Shown here piece by piece: positions 19,417 through 30,316 of a stretch of 64,000 nt of DNA; position 1 is the stretch's first letter, and every line of letters starts with the position of its first letter. The notes under the pieces were generated by a model that was not told the origin of the DNA, ran no database searches, and saw only the letters and a list, made by a program, of their open reading frames with translations. Where the stretch lies: contig JAYTRR010000210.1 in assembly GCA_043746005.1 (NCBI GenBank), positions 565 to 64,564 on the forward strand, written 5' to 3'. A program made the translations under genes and the position numbers. Source of the stretch: Burkholderiales bacterium (lineage in GTDB: Bacteria; Pseudomonadota; Gammaproteobacteria; Burkholderiales; Burkholderiaceae_C).

Positions 19417-20148
19417 ATGCAGCAACCGGCAACCCGACCCTACAAAATCCTGGTGGTAGACGACGACGCACGCATTCGCGATCTGCTCAGGCGTTATCTG
19501 TCTCAGGAAGGTTTTGAAGTCCTGATGGCAGAAGACGGCAAGTCGCTGACGCGGATCATGCTCCGTGAAACCGCCGATCTGATCGTCCTCGACCTGATGA
19601 TGCCGGGGGAAGACGGGCTTTCGATCTGCCGACGCCTACGTGCCGCCAATGACCATACGCCCATCATCATGCTCACCGCCAAGGGTGAGGATATCGACCG
19701 CATCGTCGGTCTTGAAGTCGGTGCGGATGACTATCTGGGCAAACCCTTCAACCCACGCGAACTGCTGGCCCGGGTGCATGCCGTCTTGCGCCGCCGCCCG
19801 GCTGCCGAGGTTCCTGGTGCACCATCCACAGACAACGAAGTGGCCCGCTTTGGTCCTTTTACCTTCGACCTCGGTGCCCGTACCCTCCACAAGAGCGGAG
19901 AAGAGTTGACGCTGACGACGGGAGAATTCGCCATGCTCAAGGCGCTGGTGCGCCATCCGCGGGTGCCCTTGTCGCGCGAGAAACTGGCGCAGCTGTCGCG
20001 CGGCCGCGAGTTTGAACCCTTTGACCGCAGCCTGGACGTCCAGGTCTCTCGCCTTCGCAAGCTTGTTGAAACCGATCCCGCAGCCCCCCGGCTGATCCAG
20101 ACCGTATGGGGCGTTGGTTACGTTTTTGTACCGGACGAAGCATCCTAG
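19417..20148 (+). CDS. ompR: Two-component response regulator OmpR
   Basis: ILVVDDD, LDLMMPGEDG, DRSLDVQVSRLRK..E.DP..PR.IQTVWGVGYVFVPD. Confidence 0.92.
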   Translation: MQQPATRPYKILVVDDDARIRDLLRRYLSQEGFEVLMAEDGKSLTRIMLRETADLIVLDLMMPGEDGLSICRRLRAANDHTPIIMLTAKGEDIDRIVGLEVGADDYLGKPFNPRELLARVHAVLRRRPAAEVPGAPSTDNEVARFGPFTFDLGARTLHKSGEELTLTTGEFAMLKALVRHPRVPLSREKLAQLSRGREFEPFDRSLDVQVSRLRKLVETDPAAPRLIQTVWGVGYVFVPDEAS

Positions 20149-21575
20149 TGCGAGGGTCCGCATCGGTGGCCAAAACAAAAGTTATCGACTTTGAAAGCAG
20201 CAGCCCTGCCCCGCTGACCAAGACGGCAGACGGCCGCGCCGTCAAACCCTATTCCGGGTTGAGTCTTTTCTGGCGTACATTTTTTCTGCTCGCACTGCTG
20301 TTGCTGGGAAGCATATTGGCCTGGCTGCAAACGCTGCGGTCGCTTGAATTTGAACCCCGAGCCATCCAGACGGCGCAGCAACTGGCATCCCAGGTCAACC
20401 TCAGCCGCGCCGCGCTCATTCATGCAGATGCCATTGCCCGCGTATCGCTTCTCAAAACCATGGCCGACGAAGAAGGCCTGCGCATCGTTCCACGCGAACC
20501 CACGGACCAGTTCACCCCGTTCAATGCGGACGCGATCAGCCGTCAGGTCGCGCTGGAGCTGACGACACGCCTGGGGCCCGGCACCGTGGTTGCCAGCAGC
20601 GTCAACGCTCAGCCAGGGCTGTGGGTCGGGTTTAATATTGACGGCGATGACTACTGGCTTTTGACCGATCAAAACCGCTTCAACCCGGCAGGCGGGAGAA
20701 CCTGGGTGATCTGGTTGACCGTTGCGGCAGCGCTTTCGCTGGCCGGTGCGGCGCTGATTGCACGGCTGATCAATCGCCCCTTGAAAGAGTTGTCGTTTGC
20801 AGCCACCCGCGTACGGGAAGGCGACTTTGCCGCCAGCCGTCTCGATGAAACCGTCATAACCGGCGAGATACGCGAGGTCAATATCGGTTTTAACCGCATG
20901 GCACAAAGGCTCGCAAAGATCGAGCAGGACCGCGCGGTCATGCTGGCGGGCATCTCACACGACCTGCGCACACCCTTGGCGCGACTGCGCCTGGAGACCG
21001 AAATGAGCGTATCAGATCTGGATGCGCGCGAACATATGGCGGCCGACATCGCCCAACTCGACGCCATCATTGGCAAATTTCTGGACTACGCACGGCCCGA
21101 CAAAGGCAAGCTCGACGCCGTCATTCTTTCGGATGTGGTTGAAGCCTGCGTCTATTCGCTCAGCAAGCAAAGCGACGTGCTCATTGACGTCCAGCTGGAA
21201 GATGACCTTGTGATCAAAGCCGATCGCGTGGAGCTCGGAAGAATTGTTTCCAATTTGCTGGAGAATGCCCGGCGCTACGGCAAGTCCGCAGACACGGGGA
21301 TTGCAAAAATTGACATCAAGGCGATTGGCCGCGACAAATGGGTTTTGATCAAGATCCGTGACCACGGCCTGGGCGTGGCACAAGAGCAACTGGCCAACCT
21401 CACCCAGCCGTTCTACCGTGGGGAAGCAGCCCGCACCGCAGCCAATGGCGCAGGCCTTGGGTTGGCCATTGTCGAAAAAACCATTCAGCGCATGGGCGGC
21501 ACTTTTGCGTTGACCAACGCCACATCGGGTGGCCTCTCCGCACACATCAAATTGCAGCGGGCGACGCAGGCCTGA
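20148..21575 (+). CDS. envZ: EnvZ-like sensor histidine kinase (start uncertain)
   Basis: Two TM segments, [32 protein letters not shown]. Confidence 0.85.
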   Translation: MRGSASVAKTKVIDFESSSPAPLTKTADGRAVKPYSGLSLFWRTFFLLALLLLGSILAWLQTLRSLEFEPRAIQTAQQLASQVNLSRAALIHADAIARVSLLKTMADEEGLRIVPREPTDQFTPFNADAISRQVALELTTRLGPGTVVASSVNAQPGLWVGFNIDGDDYWLLTDQNRFNPAGGRTWVIWLTVAAALSLAGAALIARLINRPLKELSFAATRVREGDFAASRLDETVITGEIREVNIGFNRMAQRLAKIEQDRAVMLAGISHDLRTPLARLRLETEMSVSDLDAREHMAADIAQLDAIIGKFLDYARPDKGKLDAVILSDVVEACVYSLSKQSDVLIDVQLEDDLVIKADRVELGRIVSNLLENARRYGKSADTGIAKIDIKAIGRDKWVLIKIRDHGLGVAQEQLANLTQPFYRGEAARTAANGAGLGLAIVEKTIQRMGGTFALTNATSGGLSAHIKLQRATQA

Positions 21576-22044
21576 ACAACAGCGCGATGGCGCGGGCTTC
21601 CATCGCGAGGCCCTCTCCTACCGGGCCCATTTTTTCGGCCGTCTTGGCTTTGACGTTGATCTGGTCCATCTCAACCCCCAGCACGTGGGCGATGCGCATG
21701 CGCATAGCTGCAATGTGCGGCGCCAGCTTGGGGGCTTGTGCAATCACGGTGCTGTCGACATTGCCAATCTCGTAACCCTTTTCGCGCACCCGGCGCGCGG
21801 CTTCGGCTAGCAGTACGGTCGAGTCAGCGCCCTTGAACCGGGCGTCGGTATCGGGAAAATGCGTACCAATGTCGCCCATGGAGGCCGCCCCGAGGAGCGC
21901 ATCGGTAATGGCGTGCAACAACGCATCCGCATCCGAATGCCCTAGCAGGCCCTTGCTGTGGGGAATTTCCACTCCTCCCAGAATCAGTTTGCGCCCTTCC
22001 ACCAGGGCATGGATGTCCCAACCTTCGCCAATTCGGAATTTCAT
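21547..22044 (-). CDS. ispF: 2-C-methyl-D-erythritol 2,4-cyclodiphosphate synthase
   Basis: [33 protein letters not shown]. Confidence 0.95.
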   Translation of the reverse strand: MKFRIGEGWDIHALVEGRKLILGGVEIPHSKGLLGHSDADALLHAITDALLGAASMGDIGTHFPDTDARFKGADSTVLLAEAARRVREKGYEIGNVDSTVIAQAPKLAPHIAAMRMRIAHVLGVEMDQINVKAKTAEKMGPVGEGLAMEARAIALLFRPASPAAI

Positions 22045-22778
22045 GGTGTCCCTGTTTTCATAGATGGGGCGCTCTCCGCGCGCGCCAGCAACACCGCCTG
22101 CGCCAGCGCAAAGTCCTGCGGATAGGTCACTTTGAAGTTCTGCGCGCTACCCGCGACCAGCAAGGGCGGCTTGCCCACGAACTCCATCGCACTGGATTCA
22201 TCAGTCACCGCGTCACCCGCCGCCTGCAGCGCAGCCATCAGTGCGTCAATGTGAAACATCTGCGGTGTCTGCGCCAGCCATTTGTCGCCACGCTCCACGG
22301 TCTCGGCCACGCGTCCGCCGACTTCACGCTTCAGCGTGTCGGGTAACTTGAGCGCCAGCAAACCGCCCACGGCGTCCGTCACGCAGGCGTCAATCAGCGC
22401 GCGGATCTGTTCCGGGGTGATCAGGCAGCGCGCAGCGTCATGCACCATCACCCAGTCACCGGGGGCTGCACCCCGATCCACCAGCGCACTTAGACCATTA
22501 AATACGCTTGCAGCCCTCGTAGAACCTCCGCAAGCAGCTATCAAAACAGTAGCATTCACCGATTCAAAGAACCGGTCTCCTTCCGTCACCACCACCAGAA
22601 CCCCTGCCAACTGGGGCACCAACCCGAAAGCCGCCAGCGTGTGCAGCACCATGGGCCTGCCGGCCACGCTTTGGTATTGTTTGGGACCGTCGGCACCCGA
22701 GCGCGAGCCGGTACCAGCACAGGGAATCAGGGCCCAAATACGGGCGTCGGGATGGGAATTTGGAGGGGTGTCGGTCAT
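22041..22778 (-). CDS. ispD: 2-C-methyl-D-erythritol 4-phosphate cytidylyltransferase
   Basis: [49 protein letters not shown]. Confidence 0.95.
   Translation of the reverse strand: MTDTPPNSHPDARIWALIPCAGTGSRSGADGPKQYQSVAGRPMVLHTLAAFGLVPQLAGVLVVVTEGDRFFESVNATVLIAACGGSTRAASVFNGLSALVDRGAAPGDWVMVHDAARCLITPEQIRALIDACVTDAVGGLLALKLPDTLKREVGGRVAETVERGDKWLAQTPQMFHIDALMAALQAAGDAVTDESSAMEFVGKPPLLVAGSAQNFKVTYPQDFALAQAVLLARAESAPSMKTGTP
22500..22554 (+). repeat. 55-bp dispersed element, copy 4 (antisense within ispD)
   Basis: aaatacgcttgcagccctcgtagaacctccgcaagcagctatcaaaacagtagca. Confidence 0.85.
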
Positions 22779-22874
22779 GGTGGTGTGCCCCATTCTAAAA
22801 TCGAAGCCATTCACTTCACCAAATCCCCTGTTGCAGCGGCCCGAAAAGCGGTTTGCTGGGCACCCAAACCATCC

Positions 22875-25800
22875 ATGGATCTCCCAAAACTATACGTTGG
22901 CAAGCGCTTCTCCCTGCCCCGGCCCGCAGGTTCTGCCGATGCCATGCTGCTAGCGCGCCTGGGCGAGCGCGAGAAGGCCGCCGGCCACCCCATGACTGTG
23001 GTGACCGCAGATGCCAGCGATGCCCAGCGCCTGCTGGATGAAATTGCGTTTTTTGCGCCCAACCTGCGCTGCGCCCTGTTTCCCGACTGGGAAACCCTGC
23101 CCTACGACACCTTTTCGCCCCACCAGGACCTGATCAGCGAACGGCTTGCCGCACTGTGGCGCATCTCACAGCGCGACAAGGAAACCGGCGCCGACGTCAT
23201 CATCGTGCCCGCCACCACCGCGCTGTACCGGCTGGCACCGCCCAGTTTCCTGGCGGGCTACACCTTCCAGTTCAAGGTCAAGCAGAAGCTCGACGAGGCC
23301 AAACTCAAGGCCCAGCTGACCCTGGCGGGCTACAGCCACGTGACGCAAGTGGTCAGCCCCGGTGAATACGCGGTGCGCGGCGGTTTGATCGACCTGTTTC
23401 CCATGGGCTCGCCCGTACCCTACCGGGTCGATTTGTTTGACGACGAGATCGACAGCATCCGCACGTTCGATCCCGACAGCCAGCGCAGCCTGTACCCGGT
23501 GCCCGAAGTGCGCCTGCTGCCCGGCCGTGAATTCCCCATGGACGACGACGCCCGCGCCAAGTTTCGCAGCCGATGGCGCGAACTGCTGGAGGGCGACCCC
23601 ACCAAGAGCCGCATTTACAAGGACATTGGCAACGGCGTAGCCACGGCCGGCATTGAGTACTACCTGCCCTTGTTTTTTGAAGAAACCGCCACCGTATTCG
23701 ACTACGTGGGCGCGGACGCCACCGTGGTTCTGCACGGCGATCTGGATGGCGCATTTCAGCACTTCTGGCAGGACACCAAAGACCGCTACCGCCTGGTGCG
23801 CGGCGACCCCGAGCGCCCGGTGCTATCCCCTGAGAGCCTATTTTTGGGCACCGAGCAGTTCTATGCGCGTGCCAATGACTATGCCCAATTGGCGCTTAAA
23901 CCCGTGCAAGCGGATGCGCATGCGACCGACTATGCGGACATCGCCCGGCTGCCCTCGCTCACGGTCGAGCGCGGCACCGACGACCCGCTGGCCCGCCTCA
24001 AGACCCATGCGCGCAACACCCAGCACCGCATTCTGGTGCTGGCCGAAAGCGATGGCCGGCGCGAGAGCCTGCTCGACTTTTTGCGCGCCAGCGGCATCAA
24101 CCCGCCCGCGTTTGATTCACTGCTCGACTTTCAGACCAGCAGTGAAAAATTTGGCATTGCCACCGCCGCGCTGACCACGGGCTTTAGCTGGCTGGAAACT
24201 GCCGGTTCACGTGGCGGCGGCATTGATCTGGTCACCGAGACCGAGCTCTTTGTAGCCGGCCCCACCACGCGGCGTCGCAAAAAGCAGGAGCAAGTCAGCG
24301 ATGTGGAAGCGCTGATCAAAGACCTCAGCGAACTCAATGTGGGCGACCCCGTGGTGCACTCGCAGCACGGCATTGGCCGCTACCGGGGTTTGATCAACCT
24401 GGACCTGGGCAACAAACTGGCCAATGGCGACCCCGAGATGCAGGAGTTTTTGCATCTCGAATACGCGGACAAAGCCACACTGTATGTACCCGTGAGCCAG
24501 CTGCAGTTGATCAGCCGCTACACCGGCGTGAGCGCCGACGAGGCCCCGCTGCACAGGCTGGGCTCGGGCCAATGGGACAAAGCCAAGCGCCGCGCCGCGG
24601 AACAGGTGCGCGACAGCGCTGCCGAGTTGCTCAACATCTATGCCCGACGCGCCGCGCGCGAAGGCCATGCCTTCCGGTACTCGCCCAGCGACTACGAAAC
24701 CTTTGCCAACGATTTCGGCTTTGACGAGACGCCCGACCAGAGCGCCGCCATCCACGCCGTGATTCAGGACATGATCAGCCCGCGCCCCATGGACCGCCTG
24801 ATCTGCGGCGATGTGGGCTTTGGCAAGACCGAGGTGGCTTTGCGTGCCGCCTTCATCGCCGTCACCGGCGGCAAGCAGGTGGCCATCTTGGCTCCAACCA
24901 CCCTGTTGGCGGAGCAGCATTTCCAGACGCTGACTGACCGGTTTGCCAAATGGCCTGTCAAGATTGCCGAGATGAGCCGCTTTCGCTCGGGAAAAGAGAT
25001 CACCGCAGCCCTCAAGGGCGTGGCCGATGGCACGGTGGACATTGTGGTGGGCACGCACAAGCTGCTCAGCCAGGACACGCATTTCAAGAATCTGGGTCTA
25101 CTCATCATCGACGAAGAACACCGCTTTGGCGTGCGCCACAAGGAGGCCATGAAGGCCCTGCGCGCCGAGGTGGACGTGCTCACCATGACCGCCACCCCCA
25201 TTCCCCGCACCATGGGCATGGCGCTGGAAGGACTGCGCGATCTGAGCGTGATTGCCACCGCGCCGCAGCGCCGCCTGGCCATCAAGACTTTTGTGCGCAC
25301 CGAAGGCAACGGCGTGATCCGCGAAGCCGTGTTGCGCGAGCTCAAGCGCGGCGGCCAGGTGTACTTTTTGCACAACGAAGTGGAAACGATTGAAAACCGC
25401 CGCGCCAAGCTCGAAGAACTGCTGCCCGAAGCCCGCATTGCCGTAGCCCACGGCCAGATGCCCGAGCGCCAGTTGGAGAGTGTGATGCGCGACTTTGTGG
25501 CCCAGCGCTACAACCTTCTGCTGTGCTCCACCATTATTGAAACCGGCATTGACGTGCCCACGGCCAACACCATCGTCATGAGTCGGGCCGACAAGTTTGG
25601 TCTGGCGCAGTTGCACCAGTTGCGCGGCCGCGTGGGCCGTAGCCACCACCAGGCCTATGCCTATTTGATGGTGCCCGATCTGGAAGGTCTGACCAAGCAG
25701 GCCAGCCAACGCCTGGATGCGATTCAGGCCATGGAAGAACTGGGCAGCGGCTTCTACCTGGCCATGCACGACCTGGAGATTCGCGGTGCCGGTGAGGTGC

Positions 25801-26384
25801 TGGGCGAAAACCAGAGCGGCAACATGTTGGAAGTGGGCTTTCAGCTCTACAACGAGATGCTCTCAGAAGCGGTACGCTGCCTCAAGGCCGGTATTGAGCC
25901 CGACCTGTTAAGCCCCCTCAGCGTGACCACCGAGATCAACCTGCACGCCCCGGCGCTGCTGCCCGATGACTACTGTGGGGATGTGCACCTGCGCCTGAGC
26001 TTCTACAAGAAGCTTGCGACCGCAAAGACGACCGAACAGGTAGACAATTTGCTGGAAGAAATTGTGGATCGCTTTGGCAAGCTGCCCCCTCAGGCCCAAA
26101 CGCTGATTGACGTTCACCGCCTGCGTGTGCTGGCCAAGCCCTATGGTGTGGTCAAGGTGGATGCAGCACCGGGTGTGATCACCATCACCTTCCAGAAAAA
26201 CCCGCCGATTGACTCCATGAAGATCATCGCCTTGATCCAGAAGCACAAGCACATCAAACTGGCTGGCAACGAGAAGCTGCGGATCGAGCGCGAACTGCCA
26301 GAGGCCCGTGACCGGGCGCAGATGGTGCGGGATATTTTGAAATCTCTGGGTCAGCCAGTGGTGGCTATCGCGTCAATGGCTTGA
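22875..26384 (+). CDS. mfd: Transcription-repair coupling factor
   Basis: FPDWETLPYD, CGDVGFGKTEVA, IIDEEHRFGV, QLRGRVGRS, DLEIRGAG. Confidence 0.97.
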   Translation: MDLPKLYVGKRFSLPRPAGSADAMLLARLGEREKAAGHPMTVVTADASDAQRLLDEIAFFAPNLRCALFPDWETLPYDTFSPHQDLISERLAALWRISQRDKETGADVIIVPATTALYRLAPPSFLAGYTFQFKVKQKLDEAKLKAQLTLAGYSHVTQVVSPGEYAVRGGLIDLFPMGSPVPYRVDLFDDEIDSIRTFDPDSQRSLYPVPEVRLLPGREFPMDDDARAKFRSRWRELLEGDPTKSRIYKDIGNGVATAGIEYYLPLFFEETATVFDYVGADATVVLHGDLDGAFQHFWQDTKDRYRLVRGDPERPVLSPESLFLGTEQFYARANDYAQLALKPVQADAHATDYADIARLPSLTVERGTDDPLARLKTHARNTQHRILVLAESDGRRESLLDFLRASGINPPAFDSLLDFQTSSEKFGIATAALTTGFSWLETAGSRGGGIDLVTETELFVAGPTTRRRKKQEQVSDVEALIKDLSELNVGDPVVHSQHGIGRYRGLINLDLGNKLANGDPEMQEFLHLEYADKATLYVPVSQLQLISRYTGVSADEAPLHRLGSGQWDKAKRRAAEQVRDSAAELLNIYARRAAREGHAFRYSPSDYETFANDFGFDETPDQSAAIHAVIQDMISPRPMDRLICGDVGFGKTEVALRAAFIAVTGGKQVAILAPTTLLAEQHFQTLTDRFAKWPVKIAEMSRFRSGKEITAALKGVADGTVDIVVGTHKLLSQDTHFKNLGLLIIDEEHRFGVRHKEAMKALRAEVDVLTMTATPIPRTMGMALEGLRDLSVIATAPQRRLAIKTFVRTEGNGVIREAVLRELKRGGQVYFLHNEVETIENRRAKLEELLPEARIAVAHGQMPERQLESVMRDFVAQRYNLLLCSTIIETGIDVPTANTIVMSRADKFGLAQLHQLRGRVGRSHHQAYAYLMVPDLEGLTKQASQRLDAIQAMEELGSGFYLAMHDLEIRGAGEVLGENQSGNMLEVGFQLYNEMLSEAVRCLKAGIEPDLLSPLSVTTEINLHAPALLPDDYCGDVHLRLSFYKKLATAKTTEQVDNLLEEIVDRFGKLPPQAQTLIDVHRLRVLAKPYGVVKVDAAPGVITITFQKNPPIDSMKIIALIQKHKHIKLAGNEKLRIERELPEARDRAQMVRDILKSLGQPVVAIASMA

Positions 26385-26400
26385 AGCCGAATTAATGGCC

Positions 26401-26455
26401 ATTTAGCCCTCTAGCCCCTGTAACCATTGCGCAAGCAGCTACTATTTTTATAGCA
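26401..26455 (+). repeat. 55-bp dispersed element, copy 5 (mfd-serB intergenic)
   Basis: atttagccctctagcccctgtaaccattgcgcaagcagctactatttttatagca; ends 1 nt before the serB ATG. Confidence 0.9.
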
Positions 26456-26456
26456 A

Positions 26457-27191
26457 ATGACGACTCTATCTACCCAAGAAATAGCCCCTGGCCTGGTGAT
26501 CCAAAACGTCCAGCCGAACCTGAAGCTGAGCGATTTCAAACTTATCGCGTTTGATATGGACTCCACCCTCATCAACATCGAGTGTGTGGACGAGATTGCC
26601 GACGCCGCAGGCCGCAAGGCCGAGGTGGCGGCTATTACCGAAGCCACCATGCGCGGCGAGATTGCCGATTTCAAAGAAAGCCTGCGCCGGCGCGTGGCGC
26701 TGCTCAAGGGCGTGACCGTGGCCGATATGGAAGCGGTGTACGCCCAGCGCCTGCAACTGAACCCCGGTGCCGCCGCGCTGGTGGCGGCCTGCAAGGCAGC
26801 AGGATTAAAGGTATTGCTGGTATCAGGGGGCTTTACCTACTTTGCAGACCGCGTGCGCGAGCGCCTTGGCATTGACTTTGCGCGCTCCAACGTGCTGGAG
26901 ATTGAGAGCGGCCCCAACTGCGGCGTGTTGACGGGCCGCATGGTCGAGCAGACCTGGGGCGATATTTGTGACGGCGCCGAGAAACGCCGTACGCTACTGG
27001 AGGTGGCCTCGCTGATGGGCATTTCCATGAGCCAGACAATTGCCATGGGCGACGGTGCCAATGACCTGCCCATGATGGCGGCTGCGGGCCTGTCGGTGGC
27101 CTATCACGCAAAACCCAAGGTGCGCGAGCAAGCCATGGTGGCGATTCAAAGTGGCGGGCTGGACCGGTTGCTCGAAGTCGTCAGGCCTTAG
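26457..27191 (+). CDS. serB: Phosphoserine phosphatase
   Basis: FDMDSTLI..EC.DE, LVSGGF, MGDGANDL. Confidence 0.93.
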   Translation: MTTLSTQEIAPGLVIQNVQPNLKLSDFKLIAFDMDSTLINIECVDEIADAAGRKAEVAAITEATMRGEIADFKESLRRRVALLKGVTVADMEAVYAQRLQLNPGAAALVAACKAAGLKVLLVSGGFTYFADRVRERLGIDFARSNVLEIESGPNCGVLTGRMVEQTWGDICDGAEKRRTLLEVASLMGISMSQTIAMGDGANDLPMMAAAGLSVAYHAKPKVREQAMVAIQSGGLDRLLEVVRP

Positions 27192-27199
27192 AAAGCCGC

Positions 27200-28783
27200 T
27201 CAGGCGAGCTCAATCCGCGACGTTCCGGCTGCCACGGTAAAGCGGGCCAGTGTGGAAATCTTGGCGTCACGCTGGGTTACGTCATCGACCACCCGCAGCG
27301 TGGTGGTGAGCTGTTTGGGCGTGAACTCCACCACACCGTAACCCCGGTGCTCGCTCTCGGCAAATACAAAATGCGGGTTCTCGACCAGCCTTTCAGGCAG
27401 CTTGTCGTTGCTGCCCGCGCGCGACGTGATGCTGGTGCCGCAAAACTCGACCCCCACGGCGGCACTGTCCGGTCGTGCATAGTCAGCCTTCACATGGCCG
27501 ACCCAGTTGGCATGCACGTCGCCGCCCAGCAAGACCGGGTTGGCCAAACTGTGGCGTTGCATCGACCCAATGAAGCGCGAACGTGCGGGCGCATAGCCGT
27601 CCCACCCGTCGTTGGATAGCGATTGGCCCGGGCCCGGCTTGAAATCGCGCTGGCCAAACACGGTTTGCTGGCCCACTACGTTCCAGCCCCGGCTGCCCTC
27701 GCTAAACGCCCGGTCCACCCACTGCTCTTGGGCGGCGCCCAGCAGAGTGCGCTGTGGGTCATTCCAGATCGCGCAGCGGGCAGGGTTGACCGCACTTCCG
27801 CCCAACTTGCCACCAGGGCTGCAGGCTTGCGCATCGCGGTATTGGCGGTCATCCAGCAAGTGCAGCGTTGCCAGCTTGCCGTAGGGCACACGGCCATAGA
27901 TGCGCATGTCGGCAGCGAAATGGGAGGCGCTGACCCCACCGCCCAAGGCGCGGGTCAAACCACTGGCGCGCAGGGGCATGTTCTCGTAATAGGCTTGGTA
28001 GGCTGCAGCGCGGCGCGCCGCAAAGTCCGCAACAGGCCACAGGCCGCTGTCGCCCGCCGTCGTGCCGGCGTAATCGTTTTGCACTTCGTGGTCATCCCAC
28101 GTCACCAGCCATGGGCAGGCCGCGTGCATGGCCTGCAAATCGGCGTCGCTTTTGTACAAGGCATAGCGGGCACGGTAATCATCCAGAGTCGCCGCCCAGC
28201 CGCCCGTTACGCTGCGAACGGCCGTCAGCGCACCGGGGTATTCGTAGATGTAGTCGCCCAGAAACAGCACCGCGTCCAGGTTCTCGCCCTGCATGTGGCG
28301 CCAGGCGCTGTAGTAGCCATGTTCCCAGCGCTGGCAGGAGGCGTATCCCAGGCGCAGCCGGGCCACGTCTGCACCGGGGGCCGGGAAAGTGTGGGTGCGT
28401 CCCACCGGGCTCACCGCGTCGGCCACCATGAACCGGTAGTGGTACCAGCGGTCCGGCTCCAGCCCCAGCGCCTCCACATGCACCGAATGCCCCAACTTCG
28501 CCGCAGCATAGGTCTGGCCACTCTGAACGATGCGTTTGAATTGAACGTCATGCGCGATTTCCCAGCGCACCGTGATCGCATCCGGGCCCGTGCTTGTGCC
28601 GCCCAGCAGGCTAGCCAGCTCCAGGCGGGTCCACAACACCACCGACTCATGGGTGGGCGAGCCGCTGGCCACACCCAGAGTGAAGGGGTTGCTCGCCAGG
28701 CGTGGCTGGCTCCATGCGCTGCGCGGCACCCACAAGGTGCCCGCGGCGGACGAAGCCAGGAGCAGCAGTTGGCGACGGTCCAC
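27200..28783 (-). CDS. PhoD-family alkaline phosphatase, Tat-exported
   Basis: DRRQLL twin-Arg signal; GVASG, LGDYIYE, WDDHEVQND, LDDRQYR, DGWDGY, GDVH. Confidence 0.9.
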   Translation of the reverse strand: MDRRQLLLLASSAAGTLWVPRSAWSQPRLASNPFTLGVASGSPTHESVVLWTRLELASLLGGTSTGPDAITVRWEIAHDVQFKRIVQSGQTYAAAKLGHSVHVEALGLEPDRWYHYRFMVADAVSPVGRTHTFPAPGADVARLRLGYASCQRWEHGYYSAWRHMQGENLDAVLFLGDYIYEYPGALTAVRSVTGGWAATLDDYRARYALYKSDADLQAMHAACPWLVTWDDHEVQNDYAGTTAGDSGLWPVADFAARRAAAYQAYYENMPLRASGLTRALGGGVSASHFAADMRIYGRVPYGKLATLHLLDDRQYRDAQACSPGGKLGGSAVNPARCAIWNDPQRTLLGAAQEQWVDRAFSEGSRGWNVVGQQTVFGQRDFKPGPGQSLSNDGWDGYAPARSRFIGSMQRHSLANPVLLGGDVHANWVGHVKADYARPDSAAVGVEFCGTSITSRAGSNDKLPERLVENPHFVFAESEHRGYGVVEFTPKQLTTTLRVVDDVTQRDAKISTLARFTVAAGTSRIELA

Positions 28784-29440
28784 TCAGGCGGCCGCTAGCT
28801 GCAGCAACGCCTGTTCAAACACCTCCGGTGGCTGCCCACCAGAAATCAGGTGGCGGCCATTGATGACTACTGCCGGTACCGAGTGAATGCCCTGCTGCAG
28901 AAAAAACTGCTCCTGCTCGCGCACCTCGGCGGCAAAGGTGTCGCTGTCCAGAATGGTTTTGGCTTGAACCTTATCCAGCCCAACCTCACCCGCCACGCGC
29001 ACCAGAACCGCGTGATCACTGGGGTCTTCCCCGTCCGTGAAATAGGCCTTGAGCAAGGCCTTTTTCAGCGCAAGCTGTCGTTCTGCACTTTCAAGGTGCG
29101 CCCAGTGCAAAAGACGGTGGGCATCAAACGTGTTGTAGATGCGGGAGCGCTTGTCCAGGTTAAAGGTGAAACCCAGTTCTGCACCGCGGGCACGAATGGT
29201 CTCGCGAATCGCTGCCGCCTGTTCCGGCGTGGAGCCGTATTTCTTCGCCAGGTGTTCCGTGGTGTCTTCCCCTTCAGGAACCATCTGCGGATTCAACTCG
29301 AAGGGTTGAAAAGTCATCTCCACCTCAACCTGCCCTGCCACGCGCTCCAGCGCGGTTTGCAGGGAGGCCAGACCCACAGCGCACCAGGGGCAGGAGACGT
29401 CGGACACAAAGTCGATTTTCAGGGGGGGTTTCATATTCAT
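28784..29440 (-). CDS. DsbA/FrnE-family oxidoreductase
   Basis: SDVSCPWC, PFELNP, NTFDAHRL, SVP, SGGQP. Confidence 0.88.
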   Translation of the reverse strand: MNMKPPLKIDFVSDVSCPWCAVGLASLQTALERVAGQVEVEMTFQPFELNPQMVPEGEDTTEHLAKKYGSTPEQAAAIRETIRARGAELGFTFNLDKRSRIYNTFDAHRLLHWAHLESAERQLALKKALLKAYFTDGEDPSDHAVLVRVAGEVGLDKVQAKTILDSDTFAAEVREQEQFFLQQGIHSVPAVVINGRHLISGGQPPEVFEQALLQLAAA

Positions 29441-29460
29441 TTCTCGCTTCAGATGGTGAA

Positions 29461-30186
29461 CTATTTGAACAGACCTTTGACGGCCTCTGCCGCTGCAGCC
29501 ATACCACGTGCGGCGTCCACCACCGCGCCGCCGATGTTGAAAGGTGCCACGGCTTGACGGGTACTTTGTGTAATGGCTGTCGAGACTTGCCTGGCAACCT
29601 CGGCCGGGGTGGCCCCGCCAATCACCTTGCCAAGGTCCTTCAAATGAATATCCGGTAGCGTTACCGATAGCGCCTTGCCCTTGAGCATCTCCGCACTCAA
29701 TTTGACGCGGCCGCCCCGAATGTGGAGGTCGCCAATGATCAGCTTTTTCTCTGATCCCGACTGGTTGACCGGCTTTTTTCTCCCAGACGTGCCGGCGATA
29801 TAGGCCTCTACGTGGCGCTGGATGACTTCCAGATTACTGCCCTCGGACGCATGTTCGTAAGTGATATCTGGTTGCTTCAGGCAAATTTCGTAAATAACGA
29901 TCACTGGTTTTGCCAATGAGGCTACATCCAATTTCAAGCTGATCATCGCAACGGCGAGTGCTTCTTTTGTGCGAAAGCCCTTGGGGTTGCCCAGCCGCAA
30001 GGCGCTCATGGTCGCCATTCCCAAAGCCGGGTGAATAACGACTTTTCCCAGTTTGACTGTGACGCCCAGAACCTGGGGCCCATATTCACGGACAGAGAAC
30101 GCCAGGACCGAGCCAAGCGACTGGTGCAGCCACCAGACTCCACCTGCCAAAACCAGGACCACCGCCAACAGGGCTATCCACATCAT
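29461..30186 (-). CDS. AsmA/DUF748-like membrane-anchored hypothetical protein
   Basis: N-terminal TM; LGNPKGF, PDITYE...SNL, LPDIHLKDLG. Confidence 0.55.
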   Translation of the reverse strand: MMWIALLAVVLVLAGGVWWLHQSLGSVLAFSVREYGPQVLGVTVKLGKVVIHPALGMATMSALRLGNPKGFRTKEALAVAMISLKLDVASLAKPVIVIYEICLKQPDITYEHASEGSNLEVIQRHVEAYIAGTSGRKKPVNQSGSEKKLIIGDLHIRGGRVKLSAEMLKGKALSVTLPDIHLKDLGKVIGGATPAEVARQVSTAITQSTRQAVAPFNIGGAVVDAARGMAAAAEAVKGLFK

Positions 30187-30316
30187 TTCACCCGCGCTTT
30201 CTGACCTGAAGGACCATGAACTGAATGCACGCCCGAATTACTCATGAAATCCATTCATCCGAACTGATTTCGCTGCAAAATACCCTGACTACAACAACCG
30301 TATCATCCAGCCCAGT

